Below, piece after piece: positions 39,836-47,338 of a DNA stretch of 51,578 nt (position 1 is its first letter; each line of letters begins with the position of its first letter). The stretch is taken from positions 1-51,578 of the IMG/VR virus record IMGVR_UViG_3300031519_000029. One strand, 5' to 3'. Source of the DNA: a virus (Duplodnaviria; Caudoviricetes). Under the pieces are notes generated by a model. That model made no database searches. It worked only from the letters and a program-made list of their open reading frames with translations, and was not told the DNA's origin. The translations under genes were made by a program, and so were the position numbers.

Positions 39836-40093
39836 ATGCCGAACCCATTTGGAAAGACACGCGCCCAAGAAAAGCCCTACGCTATCTATAAGCGAGGCGC
39901 CTATGAGTATCGCGTATTGAAGACATATAAGATGCCTAAGACTGAAGCAAAAGACATATACGCACGTTGGTTTCTCGCGACCAAAGGTCCGCATTCAATG
40001 GGCTTTGAACTGGGAGACGGTTATGCAAAAGACATCCGAGACAATTCGGAATTGATCTTAGCAGATACCGATTGGCTCGATCACTATACCTGA
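39836..40093 (+). CDS. Small early conserved phage protein
   Basis: MPNPFGKTR...PYAIY...RVLKTY...YARW...ELGD.Y. Confidence 0.75.
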   Translation: MPNPFGKTRAQEKPYAIYKRGAYEYRVLKTYKMPKTEAKDIYARWFLATKGPHSMGFELGDGYAKDIRDNSELILADTDWLDHYT

Positions 40094-40113
40094 TCTACCA
40101 AAAATTTTAACTC

Positions 40114-40150
40114 CAGCGGCCGGCCCCCAGGGGCCGGCCGTTGTTGTTTT
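40114..40150 (+). terminator. Hairpin H3 (terminator-like)
   Basis: cagcggccggccc...gggccggccgttg followed by ttgtttt. Confidence 0.65.
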
Positions 40151-40188
40151 GACACGTCAACTAAGGGCCGGCGCCACGGATGAAACGA

Positions 40189-40338
40189 GGCCAGGGCCAG
40201 GGCCGGCGCCGGCGGGGCCAGGGCCGGCGCCGGCGGGGCCGCAGGGCCGCAGGGCGCAGGGCTAGACATATCAAACAACAACGGCGCCGGCGGGGCCGCA
40301 GGGCCGCAGGGCGCCGGCGGGGCCGCAGGGCCGCAGGG
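40189..40338 (+). repeat. G-rich tandem array A (GGCCAGG / GCCGCAGG / GGCGCCGGCGG units)
   Basis: Directly visible, non-coding. Confidence 0.9.
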
Positions 40339-40416
40339 ATAATAGAAAAATATCTTGTTGTTGGTTACTTGTTGTTGTGTTATTGTTTACTTGTTCAAAC
40401 ATGAAAGGAACACTCA

Positions 40417-41097
40417 ATGAAATCCGCAATCATCTACAACGGGCCGAGCCTATTGGATGGAAAACCGATCGTCGTAATCGCGACATATTCAAACCGGAAT
40501 AAGAAGACCGGCGCAGTCGTTCAAACCTATATCTTGTGTCGGGATATCAACCCACTTGAAGCAAGTAAAACCGGTGCAGACTTTACTATATGCGGCAATT
40601 GTATCATGCGGGGGGAACCAACAACGGATCCGGTGCGTAAACAAGCCAAAAAACGCAAGTGTTATGTTAACCTTGGGCAGGGTGTCTTGATTGTTTGGAA
40701 AGCTTTCCAACGGGGCGTATATGCAGACGGTCCGGCCAACGAAATGGGACGCGGCCGCTTTGTACGTGTCGGAACCTACGGCGACCCCGCGGCCGTGCCG
40801 GCCGGTGTTTGGGATGATCTGTTGAGCGAATGCGACACATGGACCGCATATAGCCACCAAAGCGGATGGCGCCCCGATGTTGCAATGCAAAGTGCGGACA
40901 CGCATGAACAAGCCAAGGATCATTGGGCCGCAGGGCGGCGAACGTTTCGCGTTCTGATCGACCTAGGGGATCTGGACCGGAAAAATGAAACCCTTTGCCC
41001 TGCGTCAAAAGAGGCCGGCCGGCGTGTTCAGTGTACCGCTTGCAAGCTTTGCAAGGGATCCACTAAAGCAAAATCAATTGCCATTGTTGAACATTGA
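40417..41097 (+). CDS. Cys-rich Fe-S/radical-SAM-like phage protein (Gp88-like)
   Basis: NKKTG, CGNC...CYV, VRVGTYGD, WTAYSH, CPA...CTACKLC. Confidence 0.6.
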   Translation: MKSAIIYNGPSLLDGKPIVVIATYSNRNKKTGAVVQTYILCRDINPLEASKTGADFTICGNCIMRGEPTTDPVRKQAKKRKCYVNLGQGVLIVWKAFQRGVYADGPANEMGRGRFVRVGTYGDPAAVPAGVWDDLLSECDTWTAYSHQSGWRPDVAMQSADTHEQAKDHWAAGRRTFRVLIDLGDLDRKNETLCPASKEAGRRVQCTACKLCKGSTKAKSIAIVEH

Positions 41098-41110
41098 AGT
41101 TAAGTTAATC

Positions 41111-41138
41111 AAGCGGCCGGTGGATCCGGCCGCTTTTA
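41111..41138 (+). terminator. Conserved hairpin H4 (inverted loop)
   Basis: aagcggccgg-tggat-ccggccgctt-tt. Confidence 0.7.
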
Positions 41139-41158
41139 ATCATTGGAAAGGAATTGTT

Positions 41159-41350
41159 ATGGATTATGAAGCTGCCCAAAATCTTGCGGACCAAATTGAG
41201 CAAGAGGTAAAATCGAACCCCGACTTCTGGACGCAAGAAACGTATTGGAACAAGTGTCGGACCATAGTTGAAATGAGACACCCTAAAATGGATGTTATGA
41301 AGCAAGCCAGACTTGTAGGCAAAATGATGCAAGAGAAATTCCCGTCATGA
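41159..41350 (+). CDS. Small hypothetical protein
   Basis: Start MDYEAAQ after aagga SD. Confidence 0.65.
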   Translation: MDYEAAQNLADQIEQEVKSNPDFWTQETYWNKCRTIVEMRHPKMDVMKQARLVGKMMQEKFPS

Positions 41351-41442
41351 TTACCGCGGAAATCTCTTGTGACATCGCATCCCTTGCCATTGAGGCAGGG
41401 GATTTATAAAGACACATGCGCCCCGCCGCAAAATAATTTCCA

Positions 41443-41622
41443 GCGCAGGGCGCAGGGGCGCAGGGCGCAGGGGCGCAGGGGCGCAGGGTCGCAGGGCGCA
41501 GGCGCCTACCTCAAGGGCGCAGGGTCGCAGGGCGCAGGGGCGCAGAGCCTGTCTATCAAGACAGGGCGCAGGGCCACAAACAGGGCCGCAGGGGTGTCAA
41601 AGACACGATGCGGGGCCGCAGA
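41443..41622 (+). repeat. G-rich tandem array B (GCGCAGGG units)
   Basis: More than a dozen cgcag units in one orientation. Confidence 0.9.
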
Positions 41623-41940
41623 GATGCCTCCCTGTGCTAACAAAGGCCCCTGATCACCGTCAAATAAAAGTAAGTCGCGCTCCTTGGCTCGTTTTACCAA
41701 GATGAAATTCGCGCCACCTCTCACCCAATATGCCATGTTCCAAGCCACCTGATGAGGTCGTAGATTTACTGCGTTGCTTTTACTTACCTTCAATTCAAAC
41801 CAAAACGACAGCCCATCCCAAACAAAATGAGCATCCGGAACCCCGCCTCCGGAGACGTTTTCTATACGTGTGGCGAAACATTTTTCAGGTAAGTTCTGCC
41901 TTATCGTCTGCCAAAAGTTCGACTCTGGTCCTCTGCTCAT
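41506..41940 (-). CDS. PD-(D/E)XK nuclease, VRR-NUC/Holliday junction resolvase-like
   Basis: ESNFW, GGVPD, WFELK, LRPHQVAW. Confidence 0.8.
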   Translation of the reverse strand: MSRGPESNFWQTIRQNLPEKCFATRIENVSGGGVPDAHFVWDGLSFWFELKVSKSNAVNLRPHQVAWNMAYWVRGGANFILVKRAKERDLLLFDGDQGPLLAQGGISAAPHRVFDTPAALFVALRPVLIDRLCAPAPCDPAPLR

Positions 41941-42406
41941 CGGTCACATCCTTATAATCACCCTCAATCTGGAAAACTTGAGGATATTGTTTTTGTAGCA
42001 AAGCAAGACGGGCCGTGATCTCATCGCGGGACAACTGATCCAAAGTGTTGATGTTCTCGCGCCGGTCTATGGTCAGACCACCTAAAGCGGAGCGGATCTT
42101 TTCGGCGTTGATCGCGGCGGAAAACTGGCCGGCCTCTTCTGCTCCATTGGATAGGTTCGACAGCCGTTCAAGCTGCCCGATTGTGGTCACCCCGTACCGC
42201 CTTTCTCGTTCTTCTCTCAACTGTTGTATGTGCTCGACCACATGGGGATAGTCTCGCCCGTTTAGCAGGACAGAGGCTTGCTTAGCGGCCACGTTAGTAG
42301 AGAACCCTGCAAGTCTGGCGCATTCTGCATTAGAATACAGACCCTCGACAATCTTCTGTGCAAAAGTCATTTGTCGATTGGTCAAAGAGCGTTCTTCGTT
42401 GGACAT
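41885..42406 (-). CDS. terS: Terminase small subunit
   Basis: LTNRQMTF...NAECARLAGFS...ASVLL HTH; SAAINAEKIRSALGGL. Confidence 0.8.
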   Translation of the reverse strand: MSNEERSLTNRQMTFAQKIVEGLYSNAECARLAGFSTNVAAKQASVLLNGRDYPHVVEHIQQLREERERRYGVTTIGQLERLSNLSNGAEEAGQFSAAINAEKIRSALGGLTIDRRENINTLDQLSRDEITARLALLQKQYPQVFQIEGDYKDVTDEQRTRVELLADDKAELT

Positions 42407-42422
42407 TTGGACCCCGTTTCCC

Positions 42423-42746
42423 GTTTACACTATGTTTACGCTGTTTACAGGTATATCAGAGATCGTCCCAACCAAGCAACAACTGGCCCCTATAATTATG
42501 GCGAAATTCTGTAAACAAACATTACCTTTTGTAAACAGGTGTAAACCAAAGGTGTCATATAAAGAAGGGGCCGTTTACGCTGTTTACGCTGTTTACAGGC
42601 CAACCCACTCAAAAAAAAAAAAAATCAAAAAATCTAGCCAGAATGTGTAAACAGCGTAAACAGGCCACGCCGCGAAATAATCTCCAGCGCGACTTTGGAC
42701 GGATAAGTTACCAACCTTTTTTGTTTATGTGAAAGTTAACGTTTAC
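42423..42746. repeat. Cluster of 12 GTTTAC/GTAAAC boxes around an A14 tract
   Basis: GTTTAC at 42423, 42434, 42443, 42573, 42582, 42591, 42741; GTAAAC at 42511, 42531, 42541, 42647, 42656. Confidence 0.9.
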
Positions 42747-42765
42747 CCCTTGTTTGTTAACCTTG

Positions 42766-42795
42766 TTGACATGTCCCGTATGTTGGCGTTATGGT
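42766..42795 (+). promoter_or_regulatory. Putative sigma70 promoter
   Basis: TTGACA-N18-TATGGT upstream of aggag SD and ATG at 42831. Confidence 0.6.
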
Positions 42796-42830
42796 GCAGG
42801 CACTCAACATTTTTACAGGAGACTACTACT

Positions 42831-43193
42831 ATGAAACTTCAAGCCATCTTTAACAAAGCTTCCGAGCACCTTCTGTCAATGGAAGAACCATGCATGAAGG
42901 GAAGTTCCTGCATGTACCGTGACGGTTTCGGCGGCATGTGCGCTGTCGGTGCCTTTATTTCTGACGAGCATTACAGCCAAGAAATTGAGAACGTTGGTGT
43001 GGACAACGCGTGTGACAGCCGTGTTCGTGACAGGGTTGCGCTGTCCATGGGGCAGGACGCATTGACTGCTGATCAGCTTTCGTTGTTTGCGGCACTACAG
43101 AATGTTCACGATGAGGGTGATGGTGTTAGTTGGGCCGATGATCTTGCTGAGTGTCTAGAGAACGTCCGCAACCGTTTTGATTTGGAGGCATAG
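42831..43193 (+). CDS. Early hypothetical protein
   Basis: CMYR....MCAVG.FI...LQNVHD motif; aggag SD. Confidence 0.7.
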   Translation: MKLQAIFNKASEHLLSMEEPCMKGSSCMYRDGFGGMCAVGAFISDEHYSQEIENVGVDNACDSRVRDRVALSMGQDALTADQLSLFAALQNVHDEGDGVSWADDLAECLENVRNRFDLEA

Positions 43194-43195
43194 TC

Positions 43196-43717
43196 ATGAA
43201 GTTGGAATTAAAATCGATTAAGTACACTGAGTGGATGTCTGAAGAGACATTGTGTTTCACTGCTAATCTTTGGGTAGATGGCAAGGTCTTTGCTGAGGTT
43301 AGCAATCAGGGTCATGGCGGTTGCACTGACGTTCACATGCATAGCAAGTCTGTGTTTGGCAAGTCAGGCAAGCGGACCTCGTTTTTCCGGCGGTTAAAAG
43401 AGGTTGAGGCGCATTGCAAGTCGATGCCTAGTCTTGAGCCGTGTGCTTTGTTTGGGGCAGCGGGTTTAGAGACTTTTTCAGAAGGTTTTCCCATGAGTTT
43501 GGAACTGTGGTGCAACATGGAGGTTGAGGAGTTTTGGGCGCGGCGTGACTTGAAGCGCAAGTTGAAGTCTCATGTGTTGTTTGAGATGGAGGGCAAGGAC
43601 GGCATTTACCAGACCAAGTTCCACCCGACAGTGACTGACGGGTCGTGGAAGAATGGTCGGCGTATTTTAAATGACATGTCTGAGGTTGATGCACTTGCTA
43701 TTTGGAAAGCGAACTGA
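43196..43717 (+). CDS. Early hypothetical protein
   Basis: SEETLCFTANLWVDGK...VSNQGHGG motif; ggagg SD. Confidence 0.7.
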   Translation: MKLELKSIKYTEWMSEETLCFTANLWVDGKVFAEVSNQGHGGCTDVHMHSKSVFGKSGKRTSFFRRLKEVEAHCKSMPSLEPCALFGAAGLETFSEGFPMSLELWCNMEVEEFWARRDLKRKLKSHVLFEMEGKDGIYQTKFHPTVTDGSWKNGRRILNDMSEVDALAIWKAN

Positions 43718-43944
43718 TGCCTCGGTTTGATTTCACATCCACGGATCCTCGCAATATGGCGGGGGTTCGTTCTTTGTTGGTTGCTGTATATGAGCGGTGG
43801 ATTAACGAAAATGGCTACGCTGATTATGTTGGCGATGCCATGGATTTGGCGTTGGAGGATTCGTCCACTTTGCTTATTCATCAGCGCAAATTTCTGAACG
43901 CATACATTAAATTATGGGAGGCTATGGAAGATGGCGATTATTAG
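43717..43944 (+). CDS. Hypothetical protein
   Basis: TGATG coupling, MPRFDF. Confidence 0.6.
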   Translation: MPRFDFTSTDPRNMAGVRSLLVAVYERWINENGYADYVGDAMDLALEDSSTLLIHQRKFLNAYIKLWEAMEDGDY

Positions 43945-44158
43945 ACCGGAGCAATACATTGAGTTGTACACTCAACTCGCTGAGTTGATGTTGGTTAAGA
44001 ACAACGGTGATTTGCCGAATGATATTTTGTTGGTGACTGATCCGAATGGCGATGTTCGTTACACAGACGCCGCGCAGGAGCGGTTCAACGGTTACTGTGA
44101 CGAGGTTGAGGCTGTTTTGTCGGCCAACGACATTGTAGGGGAGCAATATTTGCCATGA
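43931..44158 (+). CDS. Hypothetical acidic protein
   Basis: 75 aa, overlapping neighbours. Confidence 0.6.
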   Translation: MAIIRPEQYIELYTQLAELMLVKNNGDLPNDILLVTDPNGDVRYTDAAQERFNGYCDEVEAVLSANDIVGEQYLP

Positions 44159-44907
44159 AGATTGTTATTAGTTTATATGATTTCACTGGCGAGGCATTGA
44201 AGCCGTGGGCGGATGCCGGCCACGAGTGCTATGCGTTTGACATTCAGCATGACCCGCATGAGATCACGAAGGAATATTCTCGCAAGCACATGGATGGATC
44301 GATTGAGTACCGTCACGCTGACTTGCATGACCATGAAACATTGAACGCCATACAAGATGAGTTTTCTGATCAGCATGTGGTGTTTGGCATGGCCTTCCCT
44401 GTCTGCACTGACATGGCTGTGAGCGGGGCTGCGTGGTTCAAGAAGAAAGCAGAGGCCAACCCATCATTTCAAGACGAGGCTGTAAGTTACGCCATGTGGT
44501 GTGCCAAGTTATTTAACAGCATGCAGATCCCTTACTTCATTGAGAACCCTGTTTCTGTATTGGCTACCAAGTGGCGCAAGCCTGACTATTCTTTTCACCC
44601 GTATGAGTATGGTGGGTACATCCCTTACGACCAGATGAATCACCCGCGTTGGCCGGAGTACATTGCCCCTCGCGATGCCTACAAGAAGAAGACGTGTCTT
44701 TGGACGGGCGGTGGTTTTGTGATGCCTACCAAGGTGTCTGTTGATCCTGAGGCGTATCACGGCAACGGTTACAGCACATCGATGATGAAGCTTGGTGGCA
44801 AGAGTCAGCGGACCAAGGACATTCGTAGCGCGACCCCTCGCGGTTTTGCCTCGGCGGTTTGCGACTTCAACTCAATGAATTTCCAGCGCGGGAAGGAATT
44901 GGTATGA
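44155..44907 (+). CDS. Short phage C5-cytosine DNA methyltransferase-like protein
   Basis: Motif I VISLYDFTG...AFDI, motif IV AFPVCT, motif VI IENPV, YKKKTCLW, RSATP.GF. Confidence 0.7.
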   Translation: MKIVISLYDFTGEALKPWADAGHECYAFDIQHDPHEITKEYSRKHMDGSIEYRHADLHDHETLNAIQDEFSDQHVVFGMAFPVCTDMAVSGAAWFKKKAEANPSFQDEAVSYAMWCAKLFNSMQIPYFIENPVSVLATKWRKPDYSFHPYEYGGYIPYDQMNHPRWPEYIAPRDAYKKKTCLWTGGGFVMPTKVSVDPEAYHGNGYSTSMMKLGGKSQRTKDIRSATPRGFASAVCDFNSMNFQRGKELV

Positions 44908-45698
44908 ACATTATTTGTTGGTGGTCTGCCGGTGTTACATCCGCGGTTGCCACTAAGCTTGCGTTGGACAAGTACGGTCCGGAGAACGTGACCATATATT
45001 ATTTCAAGATTGACAGCGCACATACTGACAATGAACGTTTCATGCGTGAGTGTGAGGCATGGTACGGGGCGAAGATCCACACGGTACAGAGTGAGCGTTA
45101 CCGCGACCAGTTTGACGTGATTGAAAAGCGAAGATACGTCAACGGTCCAAGCGGTGCTTTATGTACGTTTGAGTTAAAGAAGAAATTGCGTCAAGACATT
45201 GAGTCGGACCATGACTATGACGGTCAGGTGTTTGGTTTTGAGTACACACGCAAGGAGATCAACCGTGCTATTCGGTTCAAGGAGCAGTACCCAGACGCTC
45301 GTCCTTTATTCCCTTTGATTGAGCACAAGATTACTAAGCCTGAGGCATTGTACATGCTTGAGGATGCGGGGATTTCTCGGCCTGTTATGTACACTCTTGG
45401 CTACAGCAACAACAATTGCATTGGCTGTGTGAAGGGTGGCAAGGGATATTGGAACAAGATCCGCGTTGATTTCCCTGACACGTTTGATCGCATGTCCAAG
45501 GCTGAGCGTGACGTTGGCCGGAGTTGCATACGCGATGTATTCTTGGATGAATTAATTTCCAGCGCGGGACGGGAGGCGAAGCCGATCATGCCTGACTGCG
45601 GTAATTTCTGCGACTTAGAGTTTGCAGATCATGAGCATCCGGATTTGGATGTTGTATATAACGACCCTCAACAACTAGAATTATTTGGAAAGGAATAA
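44904..45698 (+). CDS. PAPS reductase-family (PP-loop) protein with Cys cluster
   Basis: WWSAGVTSAV PP-loop, CTFELK, NNNCIGCVKG, DCGNFC; ATGA overlap with the MTase-like gene. Confidence 0.75.
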   Translation: MNIICWWSAGVTSAVATKLALDKYGPENVTIYYFKIDSAHTDNERFMRECEAWYGAKIHTVQSERYRDQFDVIEKRRYVNGPSGALCTFELKKKLRQDIESDHDYDGQVFGFEYTRKEINRAIRFKEQYPDARPLFPLIEHKITKPEALYMLEDAGISRPVMYTLGYSNNNCIGCVKGGKGYWNKIRVDFPDTFDRMSKAERDVGRSCIRDVFLDELISSAGREAKPIMPDCGNFCDLEFADHEHPDLDVVYNDPQQLELFGKE

Positions 45699-45701
45699 CT
45701 G

Positions 45702-46157
45702 ATGCCTAATCATTGTTATCAGGAAGTAAAGATCGCCGGTCCTACAGACATTGTTCGAGAGCTTTATCATGGCTTAGTGTCCAATGGTTATATGAATGGC
45801 AAGTGTAAGAACCCTAGCTTTTGTTCTCTTGTGATACCTGTACCCATTGAGACTTACGTTGAAGAATCTGACGGGTTGTTTCCCCCTTGGTATAATTTCT
45901 GTGTAAAACATTGGGACACAAAATGGGACGTGTGTGAAGTTGTTATTGTCGATGATTGGGAGAGGCAAGGTAATCTCGCAGAGTTTTCTTTCAAGTGTTG
46001 GACAGCATGGGCGCCACCTGTTCCTATTTGGAACCGACTTAATGAGCTTGGGGTGTTGGTCGAGGCTGTTTATGAGGACGAGGGCGGCTCGTTCACGGGC
46101 GAGTACCGTGATGGAGAGCACACTGAGTGGGAGTCACAGCATGAATCTGTCTCTTGA
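45702..46157 (+). CDS. DUF1281/YubB-like protein
   Basis: MPNHC...WYNF...WDTKW...TAWAPP...YEDEG. Confidence 0.7.
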   Translation: MPNHCYQEVKIAGPTDIVRELYHGLVSNGYMNGKCKNPSFCSLVIPVPIETYVEESDGLFPPWYNFCVKHWDTKWDVCEVVIVDDWERQGNLAEFSFKCWTAWAPPVPIWNRLNELGVLVEAVYEDEGGSFTGEYRDGEHTEWESQHESVS

Positions 46158-46431
46158 TATAGATAAAATTTTGGACGAGGCTTTTGAAAAAGTCTTTGGA
46201 AGGGTTGTCGCGAAGGACCGTTGTTCCGAGTGTTTAGGCAGCGGGTTTTTCGAGAAGGAAGTTCCTATTTTCAGGACGGCCACGCGTGATGTTGCTTACA
46301 TAGATACTCGGAGAATAAAATGTCCTGATTGCTTGGGAGATGGGTTTGTCCCCCGTGAATGTATTGAGTGTGGGGATGAGGTGACTGTAACCTGTGGGGT
46401 AAACTCCACTAAATGTGAGGATTGTTTGTAA
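46141..46431 (+). CDS. Zinc-finger protein (DnaJ-like CxxCxGxG)
   Basis: CSECLGSG, CPDCLGDG, CIECG, CEDC. Confidence 0.7.
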   Translation: MNLSLDIDKILDEAFEKVFGRVVAKDRCSECLGSGFFEKEVPIFRTATRDVAYIDTRRIKCPDCLGDGFVPRECIECGDEVTVTCGVNSTKCEDCL

Positions 46432-46766
46432 TGGAAGACACAAGTTTTGAAGCGGAGCCTTCGGCGCCTCGGAAGAGTATCTTACACGACTACATCTGGT
46501 CTATTTTGAGTTCCGCTGGAGATTCCGGAATGATAAGTGACGAGGTCCGGGCGGAGATGTTGATTCGTTTTGGGGTTAGGTCTTATTCGAGCACCACGGC
46601 TCGATTTAAGGAGATGTATGACCGAGGTTTAATTGATTATGTCGGGAGGCGCAGAGGTCTAAGCCGGCGGACTCAACGGGTGATGGTCGCGTTACCTCGC
46701 CGTGCGGATGGTTTTTCATTAAAAGAGATCGATCGTGCCATAGCCCAAATCAAATACAAAGTTTAA
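46431..46766 (+). CDS. Winged-helix DNA-binding protein
   Basis: GMISDEV...YSSTTARFKEM...GLI...RR..S.R.QRV. Confidence 0.65.
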   Translation: MEDTSFEAEPSAPRKSILHDYIWSILSSAGDSGMISDEVRAEMLIRFGVRSYSSTTARFKEMYDRGLIDYVGRRRGLSRRTQRVMVALPRRADGFSLKEIDRAIAQIKYKV

Positions 46767-46781
46767 ATAAGGAGAACACGT

Positions 46782-47000
46782 ATGTATTCACTAAGCATTC
46801 ACAATATAACCAAGATTGAGATCAAGGTTACTAAGTCATTCAAGACCTTTGCTAGCCGAGATCTTGTTATCACTTCCTCGGACCATACTGGCAAGGCTAC
46901 TGAGCATACCATTGGTTTGTTTGGTGGTGGTCCGGATGAGTTAGAGCCTGATCTATCCGGAGAGATCACTAATAATTATATCAGCGAGGACGCGGTTTGA
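46782..47000 (+). CDS. Hypothetical protein
   Basis: aggag SD, 72 aa. Confidence 0.65.
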   Translation: MYSLSIHNITKIEIKVTKSFKTFASRDLVITSSDHTGKATEHTIGLFGGGPDELEPDLSGEITNNYISEDAV

Positions 47001-47338
47001 AAAACCCATGGGCGCACCGAAGAAAGTTATTGGTCAACATGAATAGATCTGAGGTCGTGAGGTACGAGGAATTGTACCTCAAATGTTGGAAGGCGCAGAA
47101 CATAAAGGACAAGATAGCGAATCCCAAGCTTCAACTTATGATGCTTCCAGTGCAGAGAAAAGTGGTTTATCCTAAGAGCAAGGCTTTGAGCAAGGAAGCT
47201 AACATCGTCAACAATCTGATGAACCATGGCTTAACTGCGGAAGAGATTGTGCCGGCTCTTTCAATGACGCCTGTTGAGGTGAATCAATTAATAGAAAGGT
47301 TTGAACTACCCAGATGCCCAAAAGGACAAAGAACCTGA
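46997..47338 (+). CDS. Hypothetical protein with C-terminal HTH
   Basis: GLTAEEIVPALSMTPVEVNQLI. Confidence 0.55.
   Translation: MKNPWAHRRKLLVNMNRSEVVRYEELYLKCWKAQNIKDKIANPKLQLMMLPVQRKVVYPKSKALSKEANIVNNLMNHGLTAEEIVPALSMTPVEVNQLIERFELPRCPKGQRT

Noticed and set aside
41443-41622. KOPS (GGGNAGGG) or E. coli Chi sites
   Set aside because: GCGCAGGG differs from the KOPS consensus and GCTGGTGG is not the repeated unit; kept only as an analogy.
39060-41650. CRISPR array
   Set aside because: Repeats are short tandem units or hairpins separated by whole genes, with no regular unique spacers and no cas genes.
40180-41653. ORFs 40180-40404, 40084-40281, 41369-41653 (also 38940-39161)
   Set aside because: Low-complexity translations of stop-free GC repeats without convincing SD sites.
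44904-45698. cysH auxiliary metabolic gene
   Set aside because: Lacks the CysH C-terminal ECGLH motif and any sulfur-pathway neighbours.
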